Assembly (NCBI RefSeq): GCF_016432865.1 | Contig: NC_067400.1 | Coordinates: forward strand, 576,910,001-576,974,000 | Direction of reading: 5' to 3' | DNA from: Antechinus flavipes | Taxonomy: Eukaryota | DNA length: 64,000 bases | Shown here: positions 11,850 to 24,313 of the stretch, in pieces | Numbering within the stretch: position 1 is the stretch's first letter | Layout of the letters: each line of letters starts with the position of its first letter | Made by a program: the position numbers and the translations under genes | Notes under the pieces: generated by a model | Told to the model about the DNA's origin: nothing | The model's database searches: none | The model's input: the letters and a program-made list of their open reading frames with translations, nothing else

Positions 11850-14800
11850 TTTCCCTCCTGTGTACAATGTGAGATGTTGGTCTATGTCTTATTTCTGCCA
11901 AACTGCTTTCTAGTTTGCCCATTGATTTTTTTTTCCAATGTTGAGTTCTCATCCTGAAAGCTTAAATCATTGGGTTTATCAAACACCAGATTGCTATAGT
12001 CATATACTTTAAGTATTATGTACTTAATCTCTTCTACTGATCCTCTACTCTGTTTCTAAATCAGTGTTGGGGTGATACTTATCATTTTATAATATAGCTT
12101 AAAATCTGACTGGTGGACTTCTTCCTTAATATTTTTTTCATTGATTCCCTTATATATTTGACCTTTTGTTCTTCCAGGTGAATTTTATTATTTTTCTCTA
12201 TTTTTCTTTGGTAGTTTGATTGATACGGCATTAAATAAGAAAATGAACTTGGGTAGAATTGTCATTTTTATTATATTGACTGGGCCTGCCCATGAGTAAT
12301 TAATATTTCCTCATTTGCTTAGATCTGTCTTTATTTGTGTGAATAGTATTTTGTAATTGTGTTCATATAATCCCCAGTTTCTTTTGGCAGGTAGACTCCC
12401 AAGTATTTTATGTTGTCTGCAATGATTTTAAATGCTGAGGATTTATGTGGGATTGTTTTATATCTTATAACTTTGCTGAAATTTTAAATTGTCTTTGTTC
12501 TTTAAAAATTGATTTTTTAAAGTTCTGTAGGGGCAGATCTGTATAGATCACTGGGCTTGAAATCTGGAAAACTTAGCTTCACAAATTCAAGTCCAATCTC
12601 AGATACTTACTAGCAGTGTGACCCTGGGCAAGTCACTTAACTCTGCTTCAGTTCCTCATCTATAAAATAAGCTGAAGAAGGAAATGGTCAACCTGTCCAG
12701 TATCTTTGCCAAGAAAATCCCAAATGGGGATCATAAAGAATTAGACACAGCTGAAATGACCAAACAACTAGAGTTCTCTAAGTATACCATGATTTCATTT
12801 ACAAAGAGTAATAGTTTTGTTTCCTTATTGACTATTTTCATTCCTTCAATTCCTTTTACATGTTTTATTACTGTAGCTAGCATTCACAGTACAATATTAA
12901 ATAATAATGGTAATAATGGATATCTTTGTTTCACTTCTGATTTTATTGGAAAGGCTTCAAGTTTATTCCCTTTATAGATATTGCTTGCTCTTGGTTATGG
13001 ATAGATACTACTTATCATTTTAGGAAGGCTCCATTGATACCCAAGCTTTCTTGTGGTTTTAATAGAAATGACTGTCGTATTTTGTAAAAGGCTTTTTCTG
13101 CATCTATTGATATGATAATGTAGTTTTTATTGGTTTTGTTATTGATGTGGTTACTTATACTGATAATTCTAATATTGAATCATCTCTGCATTCCTGATAT
13201 AAATCCCATCTGGTCAAATTGTATAATCTTTGTGATATATTTTACTGTAATTTCATTATTGGTATTTTATATTATTTTTTTGCATTGATATTTGTTAAGG
13301 AAATTGACCTGTAGTTTTCTTTCTCTGGTTTTGCTCTCCCTGGATTTGGGTATCAAGATTATATTCATTTCATGAAAGAAATTTGGTAGGACTTCTTTAT
13401 TTTTTTTTCCAAATAATTTATATACTAGTAGGATTAATTGTTCTTTAAAAGGCTGGTAGAATTCACTTGTAAATCCATCTGATCCTGGGAATTTTTCCCT
13501 TAAAGAGCTCATCGATGGCTTGTTCACTTTCTTTTTCTGAGATAGTTATTTAAATATTTGAATTTTTCTGTTAATCTGAACAGTTTATATTTTTGTAAAT
13601 ATTCATCCATTTCACTTAGATTATCAGTTTTACTAGCATATACTTGGGCAAAATAACTCCTAATGAGTTGCTTTAATTTAATCTTTATTGGTGATGCCTT
13701 AGCTCTTTTCATTTTTAATACTTAAAATTTGGTTTTCTTTTTCATTCAATCAGCCAATGGCTTATCTTATTGGTGAAGGTTTTTTTTTTCACTTATTTGT
13801 TCAATGATTTTTAATTTTCAATTTTATTCATTTCTCCTTTAGTTTTTCAGAATTTCTATTTTGTGTTTAATTAGGAATTTTAAATTTGTCCTTTTTCTAC
13901 AATTTTTAATTTCATGCCCAATTCATGAATCTGTTCTTTCTCTCTTTTATTAATGTATGCGTTTAGAGATATAAAATTTCCCCTAAACTCTGCTTTGGCT
14001 CCATCCCACAAATTTTTATTGTCTCATTGTTGTCATTCTCTTTAATGAAATACTGTTTCAATGATGTATTGTTTGGTTTACACATTCTTTAGGATTGTTT
14101 TTAGTTTCAATTAACTTTTAAAGTATGATGCCACAGCTCTTAATTAAATGCAATTTTTATTTGCATTTGCATTATTATCTGAAAAGTGTGCGTTTAATAT
14201 TTTTGCATTTGATTGTAAGGTTTTTATGCCCTAATACACGGCACTTTTTGTGAAGGTTCCATATAGAGCTGAGAAAAGGTATATTCTTTTCTATTTCCAT
14301 TAAGCTTTTTCCAGAGATCTATTATATCTCACTTTTCTAAGCTTTCTAATATAGTTTTACTGTCTGTTTATGCATTAAATCATTTAACTTTTCCTTCTGG
14401 AATTTAGATGCTATGTCATTTGGTGCATATATGTTTAGTATTGATTACATTTCATTATCTAGTGTGCCTTTTAGTAAGATATAGTTTCCTTGCTTATCCC
14501 TTTTAATTACGTCTATTTTTACTTTTGCTTTGTCTGAGATCATAATTACTACACCTACTTTTTTTTTTTTTAAACTTCATCTGAACATAATAGATTTTGC
14601 TCCAGCCCCTTATTTTAACTCTGGGTCTTTTCTTTTTTAAGTATGTCTCTTTTAAATAGCACATTGTCAAATTCCGGTTTCTAATCCATTCTGCTATCCA
14701 CTTTTGTTTTTTGAATAAGTTCATTCCATTCATTGTCACAGTTATGATTACTAACAATGCATTTCCCTCATCCTATTTTTTTCTATTTATCTTTCTCTCT

Positions 14801-15525
14801 CTTCTTTTATCCTCTCTCTCCTGTAAAATCTGTTTTGCTTCTTACTCCATTGCTTTTTATCCATGGTCCCTTTTATTCTCTCCCTCCCCCATCTTTTCTT
14901 TATCCTCTATCTCTCCTCCTTTCTTGTTGAGTAAGATAATTTTCTATTACTATTTGAGTATGTATATAGATTTTTTTCCCTCTTTGAACTATCATTGCCT
15001 ACCCTATCCCCCATTTCCCTGTCTACTATAAAAACTCTTCCTTGCCATGCCTCTTATATGTGAGATAATTTTCTCATTCTTCATCTCCCCTTCCTCCCTC
15101 TTCCTTGCCTGTTATTTAATGTCATCCCAACATAAGCTACTCACTCCCGTACCCTTTTTCTATATAAAATCCTTCTGCTTTAATAATGATTAAAGTTCTT
15201 AGAAGATATATGTATAATCATCCCATATAGAATAATAATGTTTATCTTTTTATGCTTGAGTCTTGTATTTGAAAGTCAGATTTTCTGTTCACTTCTGATC
15301 TTTTCATCAGGAATGCCTGAAAGGACTCTACTTCATTAAATTTCCTTTTTTTCCCCATGAATGATTATAGTCTTTTGCTGGGTGTGTTAATCTTGGTTGT
15401 TATTCCAGCTGTTTTGCCGTCTAGAATATCATATTCCAAGCCTTCTGTTTCCTTAAGGTAGCAGCCACTAAGTCTTGTGTGATCTTGATTATGATTCCAC
15501 TAAATTTAAATGGTTTTATTCTGCA
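11850..15525 (-). mobile_element. Large decayed L1: 3' part of ORF1, inter-ORF spacer, endonuclease and start of reverse transcriptase; many frameshifts and deletions
   Basis: ORF 14503..14757 resembles the L1 endonuclease N-terminus (IITVTMNGMN…EWIRNRNLTMCYLKETYL). ORF 13267..13527 resembles the RT entry ([19 protein letters not shown]). About 15430-15520 reads as ORF1 (IKITQDLVAATL…AWNMIF) on the minus strand. Confidence 0.88.
12527..12769 (+). mobile_element. Mar1 SINE nested in L1
   Basis: CORE plus the RTE-derived tail gaaggaaatggtcaacc…agtatctttgccaagaaaatcccaaatggg. It is flanked by AAAGTTCT (12519-12526) and AGAGTTCT (12770-12777). Confidence 0.85.
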
Positions 15526-15602
15526 GATCAGTGGTCATGGAAACATCACTGTTATTGAATCACAAAATATCACAGAATATCAGAACTGGAAGAGTTGGAG
15601 AA

Positions 15603-15825
15603 TTGTTTCAGTTGTGTCCAATTCTTCATGAACCCATTTCCTTGGCAAAGATACTGGCTTGCCATTTCCTTCTCCAGCTCACTTGACAGATGAGGAAACT
15701 GAAGCAAACAGTTAAGTGACTTGCCTAATGAGTAGGTGTCAGAGACTGGATTTGAAATTGGGAACAATGAGTCTTCCTGACTCCAGGCCCAATGCTTTAT
15801 CCATTGCACCATTTAACTACTGCCT
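15603..15825 (-). mobile_element. Mar1 SINE
   Basis: Contains ttccttggcaaagatactgg…gccatttccttctcc…acagatgaggaaactga…tgcaccatttaactactgcc. Confidence 0.8.
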
Positions 15826-16737
15826 CACTGAGAGATACTTTAGAACATAGAATGTTAAAGTTGTGAAAGAACTTTTAGAACATAGAATATTGGACTTTAA
15901 AGGGCCTAAAGACAGAATGTCAAAACTAGGAAAGACCTTAAAATACAGCATATTGGAGCTGGGAGAGCCGTTAGAACAAAGTGTCAGATCTGGAAGGAGC
16001 TTTAAATTATCTAGTCCAGTCTTCTTATTCAGAGGAAGAACCTAAGTGAGCCACACCACTGATAGCATCAAAGCTTGTATTAGACACTTCCCCATTTTCT
16101 GACTTCACATTTTTAATTTTTTTTTTGTGCATTGGCCCATTTTTTTTTTAGCCAATTCAAGGCTTCTCTAGTCTTGGGAACCTACCTTGTTGCAAGGTTG
16201 AAGTCTTTAGAGCTTAAATTTATGTGACATTTACTTCTAAATAAATGCTAAGATGGCGATAGTGCAACCATTGACCTATTTTACAGACATAGAAACTAAG
16301 GCTCAGAAAAATGTCTTGCCCAGGATTACCATATGAGTATCAGAGTTGAAACAGTGCTCTTTCCTTTTTCTCATTCCTCCTCAGTATGTGAACTGCTTCA
16401 GAATAAGAGGTTTTCAGTTGGGGGGGGAGGGGTTTGCCTTTGTTTGTATCTCCAGTGTTTAGCAGAATGCCCAATATATGGTAGACTTATTGACTGACTA
16501 CCCTACAGAGTCCTTTTTATTCGCTAATTTAGTTTGTGGCAGGGATGTTGATCAATCCCAGTGGGCTTTCATGCCTGAAATTAAGCCATCTGCTAGAACT
16601 TTTGCAAACTTCCTATTGCCCTATTGGAATGCTCAGAAGGAAATCTAGGGGATTTCCAGAATGAATCTTCCAAGAGGATTGTCAGGTTGACCACCCACTT
16701 CTCCCTCCCCCCCAAATCCTGAGTTTTGGGGGCATCT

Positions 16738-16742
<5 letters not shown>

Positions 16743-16768
<26 letters not shown>
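16743..16768. repeat. (TG)13 microsatellite
   Basis: Read directly from the sequence. Confidence 0.9.
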
Positions 16769-16770
<2 letters not shown>

Positions 16771-17844
16771 TACACACTATCTCCAGTGTCCTGGGACCAA
16801 CCCTGCTGGAATTTGGGTACCTCACTGGGGCAGGCTCCCTGCCAGCCCAAAGAGGTGCCATCACCCTGACTGAGCACAGCCATGACTGGATGGACCCTTT
16901 ACTCAAGTTACATCGAGGTTTTTGCTTTTTTAGTAGATGGGTACCTCACAGTGCCTTCCACCCTAGGTATCTTGAGATCATCTTCTTTATTATGTTGGAG
17001 GAAAGATGTCACCCTGATGCCAGGACCCATGAGCAGTGCCAGCTTGGCACTCAGCCTCTGGGCCTGGAAGAGCCTTCTACCAGGCGGTTCTGAGGTGATC
17101 GTGGTGGCTTGTGTCACCTTCTGGGGACACCCCAGGTTTCCATTTGGGGCATCTTTCTGTTCCTCTCGGTGATTCCATCGTCATCTGGATTGTTCTGGAG
17201 GTGCACAACTGCTCACTTTGTATAGCCCTTTCCTGTTTGCAGGGTATATTCCCAATACATCCATCCATGTGAGATCTTAAGTAATAAACTAGTATCCTCA
17301 TTTTAGACAGAAGGAAACTCGGGCCCAGAGAAGTGAGTTACCTTGCTTTCCCAAGGCCACATGGTGAGTGAGTACTGGAGTCAGGAATAGAACGCAGAGC
17401 TCAACGTTCCCAAGATTGGCTCTCTTTCCACAATACCTTGCATGATCCTGTTTTTTTCCAAACTATTCACTGGTGTCTCTTGTCTTTGCCCTGATGTGAA
17501 GGTGACCCTGCCTTCTTGAGGCTATGTTTACAAACTCTGTCAGGGCCTGCCAATAGACTATTTGTTGATTAAGGGGCCAGTTGACTTGCTGGGAGACTCT
17601 GAGTCAAGGGCTTGGCCACCAAAGGAATTTTTCTTGGGGGTTGGGGTGGGTAAGGAAGATGCACAATAGCTCATGAAAGTCAACTCCACATTTTAATAAT
17701 CTCTCCCAGTGGGCCTGAATCTCTGCTTCAAGAATCCACATCTTTTAAAGAAGTTGAAATATCTTACATAATGAAGAAACTGGCTCTCAGAAGTTATATG
17801 ACTTTCTCAGGCATTCTTTCCACCATATTTCTACCATACCTCTT

Positions 17845-18722
17845 TTTTTTTGATAGTAGCATTTTTATTTTAAAAATACATGAAAAGATAGTTTTCAACA
17901 TTTATCTTTGCAAAATCTTGTGTTTGAAATTTTTCTCTCTCCCTTCCCTTACCCCTCCCCTAGACAGCAAGTAATCCAACATAAGTTATATGTGCAATTT
18001 ATCTATACATATTTCCATCATATTGCACCAAAAAAAAAAAAAATCAGAACAAAAAGGAAAAAAATGAGAAAGAAGACAAAAAGCAAGCAAAAAACAACAA
18101 AAAGATGAAAATACTATATTGTGATCCACATTCAATTCCCCATAGTCCTCTCTGGATGCAAATGGCTCTCTCTATCACAAATCTATTGGAATTGCCTTTA
18201 ATCACCTCATTGTTGAAAAGAGCCAAGTCCATCACAGTTGATCATCACATAATCTTGTTGTTGCTGCTGTACAATGATTTCCTGATTCTAGTCACTTCAC
18301 TCAGCATCAGTTCATGTAACTCTCCAGGCCTTTCTGAAATCATCCTGTTGGTCTTTTCTTACAGAACAATAATATTCCATAACATTCACATACCATAATT
18401 TATTCAGCCATACTTCAATTGATGGGCATCCACTCAGTTTCCAGTTTCTGGCCACTACAAAGAGGGCTGCCACAAACATTCTTGCACAAGTGGGTCCCGT
18501 TCCCTTCATTAATATCTCTTTGGGATATAAGCCCAGTAGTAAAACTGCTGGATCAAAGGGTATTCACAGTTTGATAACTTTTTAAGCATGGTTCCAAATT
18601 GCTCTCCAGAATGGTTGGATCTGTCAACAACTCCACCAACAATGCATCAGTGTCCCAGTTTTCCTACATCCCCTCCAACATTCATCATTATCTTTCCCTG
18701 ACAATCTGAGAGATGTGTAGTG
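17845..18722 (-). mobile_element. L1 3' fragment (ORF2 C-terminus plus 3' UTR)
   Basis: ORF 18312..18509 (GPTCARMFVAALFVVARNWKLSGCPSIEVWLNKLWYVNVMEYY) is the L1 ORF2 C-terminal segment. A poly(T) tract lies at the left end. Confidence 0.9.
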
Positions 18723-19989
18723 TTCTTTTTAAAGCAAGATGGACCACGCTGGAGCCTTTAATGGATAGGCACAATGGAAGACTCCAAAGTCTTCAGCCAG
18801 ATAGAGTGTTGTAATAGAGTTGGCTCTTCATCCACGTCTTGAGTTGAGTCAGATTTTAGAGCTAAAAGGGGCATGAGGGAACCCTGAGCTAGCCAACCCT
18901 CTGACACCCTTGGAGTATCATCTTCACTTCTGGACATTGCATTTAGGACCTGTTGATAAACCTGATAGTGGCCAGAAGAGGATACTTGGGGCAGGGGAAG
19001 GCTGGAGGAGCAGTAGTTGGAGGACATACAGATAATTCTCTGTGGAAAGACTTAGTGACGTGATCTTGTCTTTGAACACTTTAAGGCTGTCTCTTGGAAA
19101 AGGCTTGTTCTCTGCAGAGCCCGAGGGTGGAACTGGGAGCAGTGGGAGGAAAGCTCACCAAGGCAGACTGAAGTTTGATTTAAGGGAGAAAACCCTCTTC
19201 CCAGTCTGAGCAGTCAGAGCCATCCAAGAGCGGAATCTCTGAATGGAGCCCCTCGGTAAGACTCTTAATGGCTGTGCGCTAGGGGATTCTGGACTGGACT
19301 CGGTGCCTTCGAGGCCCTTCGCAGATTCTCGGTTCTCTGTGTGTGTCCGTACATGTGTGCAGAAAGTATGGACTTTCTGTGGTTTTGTTTTGACACGAGA
19401 TGTTTCCCCAGTAAGCATCCAGACCAGTCCATTTACACAGCATGCTTCCCAGAAAGGTTATTGCTTATTTATTGATAGGGCAGTATCTAGATGGGGACAT
19501 TGACTTCTATATCGAAGGAGATCTTTTTGTTGGCTGCCTCTGTGACTTTATTTATCCCGCCCTCCCTTACTGTGTACTCTTGTCTCTGCCCTCTGCCCCT
19601 GGGGATCCTTTAGTTTAACTTTGTTTGCAAAGAAAAGTCTTGCTTCCCTAGCATGGCTGTGGCTTACCATGCAGCTAGTTCATAGCAAGGCTTTCCCCAT
19701 GGCTACCCAGTGCTTTTCCATCCTGCTACAGCTCACACCCTTGTCTCCTTTGTAGGTCCCACAGGACCCCCAGGCTGGGCCTTTGGGGTTGTCTTGCTGC
19801 CAAGAAGCCACCAGACACAGGGTGGGGTGCCTAACTAAATGAGACACTCCTCCTGGAGCATTCTCCCAGAGAGGAGGATCCAGCCTCTTGGCTCCCAGAA
19901 CCTCTGGGCCATCTTACTTCCAATGAACTAGCGCCTTCCTATTCCAAAGCCTTGTCTCTGTAAAACTGGCCAAGATCCCATGTGCTGAC

Positions 19990-20420
19990 TTGTCGAGCTT
20001 GCTACTCCCTAAAATTCCAGTCCTCGCAACAGCTCTCTGTCCCTGCCCCCCTCCCTCCAGCTTATACTCGTGAAGTTGGTTTTTTGTTTCCAAGGAGAAA
20101 TTTCTCCATGTCCCTATTTAAATTCCTTATTAGCCCATCCTGTGGAGATGCTTTGGGATTCTGACTCATCCATTGAATTGGCCATCTATCCCACCCAACT
20201 GTGTCCACCTGCAAATTTGACGGGTCCCATGTATAATTTTATGCGAGTCATTGATAACAATGTTCACTAACCCAGGGCCCCACACAGATCCCTGCGGTAT
20301 TCTATCCATGTAGAGCCTTTAACAATTCTTTGGGCTTGGCCATTCTGAATCCATCTCATAGTAATGGTCTTCTACTCTAGCTCATTTTTTTCCCAGAAAT
20401 GATATGAGATCATTGTTCAA
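19990..20420 (-). mobile_element. L3/CR1 reverse transcriptase fragment (ancient)
   Basis: cacctgcaaattt reads KFAG on the minus strand (from KFADD). Also agtcattgataacaatgtt…cagggccccacacagatccctg. Confidence 0.65.
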
Positions 20421-20595
20421 GTTCTCAGCTCTTAGCTCTCAGTCTGTGATCTCATGACTGCTCAAAATGTCTTGAAGACAATTTGATAATCAATGTTCAT
20501 TGAACATTTTTGGATATAGATTGGACAAAATGGTCACTATGAAATTCCCCACTCTGAAATTCCAAGATTAAGCTTCTGCTGATTTCCAGATATTA

Positions 20596-20830
20596 CTACT
20601 AATAATGGTGAGCATTAAGATAGTGCTTTAAGATTTGAAAAACTCTATATGAATATTGTTTGTGTATTGCAACAACCCTGGAGGGATGGTGCTATTTTTA
20701 TCCCCATTTTACAGATGAGGAAACTGAGGCTGAGAGAGGTTATGAGATGCGTCCAGAGTCATACAGCTAGTAAGTGCATGAGGAAGGTTTTAAATTTAGA
20801 TCTTCCTTACTCCAGGGCCAAGTCCCACAC
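20596..20830 (-). mobile_element. MIR SINE
   Basis: Canonical core tccccattttacagatgaggaaactgaggctgagagagg. Confidence 0.85.
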
Positions 20831-21873
20831 CCCCTTCACTTTGTCACTTAGCTTAGTGCTGGCTGCTGAAAGGGACATCAGGATATGAAACAAGACATAA
20901 TTCCTGACCTTGTAGAACAAATAGTTTAGTAAGAAAGTGATAATAAAGACAAAGAATGAAACAATCGCTAGTATGACTTTTTTCTTTACCATTTGGCAGA
21001 TGATCCTTCAGTACTGCCCACAAAAGTCATTTCTTTGTCGTCAATCTGAGAGTCACCTCTCCAGACATCACTAGGTTGTGGAGGGTGAGTTCTGCTCTGA
21101 GAATCCACAAATCGGTGGGTTCCCCAATTTGGATAGCACCAAGCATTTACTAAGTGCCTTATGTGTGTGAGGCACTAGGACCAGAAAAAATTAAAACTCC
21201 CACTTGCATGGAGCCTTAGGAGAGGGCCTCTTTACCCCAGAAAGAGGGATTTCTGAAGCACATGAAACACCTGGCAAGGTTATTCTTCCTTGCCCACATC
21301 TCTTGGAGGACCATCAGCTAAATTTCCCAGTTGTCCCTAGTTTAAGAGTGATCCTATTGAGGAAATGACAGATATTTCAAGTATTAGTGTGCAGTACACT
21401 GGCAAAAACCTTTGAGAAGGGCATGAAAGTGATTTTTGAGGTTGAAGTATGAAGAATTATTGCTGACTTGGGATGTGGGTAGTCTGAGAAGGCTTCCTGG
21501 CATGGATAGAGTAATCCACACTGATGAGTAGAGCTGCAAATAATCCCCAAACCACTGCCCTATGACTTTGAGAAGATGGCCACAGGTAGGGAGAAGAGAG
21601 ACCTGTTTAAGCATCCCTCTTCCCTTCTTCATTATCTTGGTTTGACCAGGCAAGATGGCTTGGAGACACCTGGCAAACGTTAGACCTTTCTGATAAAAGG
21701 AATAATATATGGAAAACCTTCCTGTGTGGTAATATTAGAGCCTGTATGTAACTGAGATGCTTCAGCAAGGGCACAGCAAATGCATATATATCTACAGCAT
21801 AGATAGAAATGCGGTTATTGTCAGGGTTGTTTGGGATAGAGGTCACTTGCAGTTGAAAAGGCTTTGTATAGAA

Positions 21874-22212
21874 CAGAGCTTCTTAAACTTTTTCCACTTG
21901 TGGTCCCTTTTTACCCAAGACATTTTTACATAACTCCAGAATATAGGTATATAAAATAGGTATACAAATCAAACTTTACTGATAACAAAATCTAAAAAAA
22001 ATTATTTAAAACAATATATATAATGTTTCCATTTAATAAAGATGAAAGCAAATTTGCATATTAATAAGATGGATGTATTTGTTTATTTCTACTTAAAGAA
22101 TTAATCTTGGTGAAACATTTGATGCATTTTATTGTTGCCAAGTTTTTCAAAATCCTCACATTCAGTTATATGACTTCATATGGAGTTGTGACCCACAGTT
22201 TAAGAAGTTTTG
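21874..22212 (+). mobile_element. Non-autonomous hAT (Charlie-like) MITE, copy 1 (339 bp)
   Basis: Terminal inverted repeats CAGAGCTTCTTAAACT…AGTTTAAGAAGTTTTG (16 bp, 2 mismatches). 8-bp TSD GTATAGAA / GTACAGAA. Confidence 0.85.
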
Positions 22213-22342
22213 GTACAGAAGATAGTTTTTGAGCTGTTTGTTTAAGGAAGGAGAGAGACTTTGAGAGGTAGAGGTTGCAAGTATCAGGCAAAGCTTTTTA
22301 ATGAAATCTCACATGCTTGTAATTGTAGATAAGACAGATACT

Positions 22343-22590
22343 GTTATTCAGTTGTGTCCAACTCTTTGTGACCTGTGGACCTGTACTGTCCATGGAGTTT
22401 TCTTGGCAAAAGTACTGGTTTGCCATTTCCTTCTCCTTTGTGTTGCCATTTTATAGGTGGGAAATTGAGGCTAATAGGGATTAAGTGACTTTCCCAGAAT
22501 CACACAGCCAGTCATTTTCTGAGGTCAGATTTTGAACTCTGGTCTTGACTCCAGGCTCAGTTTTCGATCACTGTACTACTTAGCTGCCCC
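22343..22590 (-). mobile_element. Mar1 SINE between the two MITEs
   Basis: Contains ttcagttgtgtccaactctttgtgacc…ttttcttggcaaaagtactgg…ttagctgcccc. Confidence 0.8.
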
Positions 22591-22610
22591 GGACTAGACA
22601 TGGGCTAGAT

Positions 22611-23131
22611 CAAAGCTTCTTAAACTGTGTGTCACAACCCTAAATAGAGTCACGTAATTGAATGTGGGGATCGAAAAATTATTATCTGCAAGTGTGTAAT
22701 TTTATTTGTATACATATTTTATTTTTTGTTTGTTTTGTTTTTTATTAAAGCTTTTTTATTTACAAAATATATGCACGGGTAATTTTTCAGTATTGTCCCT
22801 TGCAAAATCTTGCGTTCCAAATTCTACCTTTCCCCCACTCCCTCCCTTACATGGCAGGTAATCCAATACATGTTAAATATGTTAAAATATATGTTAAATC
22901 CAATATATGTATATATTTATACAGTTCTCTTGCTACACAAAAAAAATTGGATCAAGAAGGAAAAAGAAAACAAAATGCAAACAGACAACAGTAAGAATGA
23001 AAATGCTGTGTTGTGGTCCACACTCAGTTCCCATAGTCCTCTCTCTTTGTATACCTATTTTATATATATTCAGGTCACATTACAACTTGTTGGGTAAAAA
23101 GATGTTGCGAGTGGAAAATGTTTAAGAAGCT
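22611..23131 (-). mobile_element. hAT MITE copy 2, inverted relative to copy 1 and interrupted by an L1
   Basis: It starts CAAAGCTTCTTAAACTGTG, the reverse complement of copy 1's right end. 23046-23131 is the reverse complement of copy 1's left end. The right TIR and TSD are degraded. Confidence 0.75.
22723..23045 (-). mobile_element. 5'-truncated L1 3' end nested in MITE copy 2 (about 18-bp TSD)
   Basis: TTTGTATACATATTTTAT at 22705-22722 versus TTTGTATACCTATTTTAT at 23046-23063. Confidence 0.85.
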
Positions 23132-23870
23132 AGAAGCTGCATGAGAGCTATAGTATAGCTAAGTGCGCTGGTTCAATGACTAGAGTCCCTAGTTCTAGAG
23201 AACAGTACCTGCTGACTTGGAGGAAAGTCTAATGAACCCCCTCCCCAGAGCTAAGACTTTGGGTCTCTAGTGGTGAACATTTTTCATGTGGTACATTCAT
23301 CAGATCTGCAGATGTCACAAATCAAAGAAGGATTGCAGAATCCTGGAAGATCCTGGCGGGCTAAATGTTAGGCTAAATCTATTTTAAAGATTTGAGATAG
23401 ATGGAGAATCCTCAACTTGGGATCCAAAATCAACTTTCCATTCTCTAGCCAATGACCCACTTTTTATGTCAGTAGTGTGGTCTAGCAGTCCGGACCTCTG
23501 GTGAGATGTCAGGCTGCACGACAAGACGTAAAGGGTCTGGAAGGCACAGAGAGGGGCTAGTGCTGTGAGTTCTGCCCCGGGTCAGTCACATCCGCGTGCT
23601 GTGTCCGGGGTGGGCGTCACACGTTGGCAAGGGCATGGGAAAACTGAGAGTTGTCCAAATGGGAGGAACTTCCTATCATGCTTCCCACTAAGGGCACCAG
23701 GGCTGTGTGAGAGGTGGAAAAGCTTGGCAGGGAAGACACGAGGGCCAAGGATCTGAACAAGTATCATGGCAAAGTGTGGTGTTTTTCTTCTTTTAAAATA
23801 ATATAAAGATTCTCTTTGGGAGAAAGCAGGTTTCTCTGGAAGGTTTTCTGGAGGCAGCCTTAGTTGCAGT

Positions 23871-24313
23871 TGAAAGTAATAATCATCCAAAATGCAGCCA
23901 GCTGGTAAAAATGCAAATGTTTATTTTCTCCTTCCAAAATAGCCTGGTTAGTTGAGGCCTATCTCTCTGCTTGGTTCCAAGAGCTCTTGCAGCTTTGTCC
24001 TTTGCTTCTGCCTCTGCTTTCTTCAGCCTCCAGCCAGCACCAAGTTGAATCTGTCTTGCCTCTGAGAGAGGGCTTCTGGCTCTCAATCTCCCAGAGTGCT
24101 CTGTGTCTGTCCCAGCGTGCTCCTCTCAAATCTAATTCAGCTGAACTCTAACTGGAAGCTAAGAGCCTCTTTATATATGATTTCCCAAAGGTTGATTCCT
24201 CCTTCTGGAGGCACACCTAAGGGAGGTGTGAATTCACAAAGTTACAAAGTTTATTGGGCCACTGGGGTCAAAACTAGGAGCCTTGAGTGTAAGGGGGAAC
24301 ATTTTAATGGTCA
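23871..24313 (-). mobile_element. Probable ERV solo LTR (443 bp), antisense to SLC9A1
   Basis: TG…CA termini and a 4-bp flanking repeat CAGT (23867-23870, 24314-24317). On the minus strand, TATATAAA at 24170-24177 is followed by AATAAA at 23920-23925 near the 3' end. Confidence 0.6.

Noticed and set aside
11850-15525. Possibly active or full-length L1
   Set aside because: The ORFs are fragmented into pieces under 90 aa, the 5' UTR and 3' end are missing, and a SINE is inserted.
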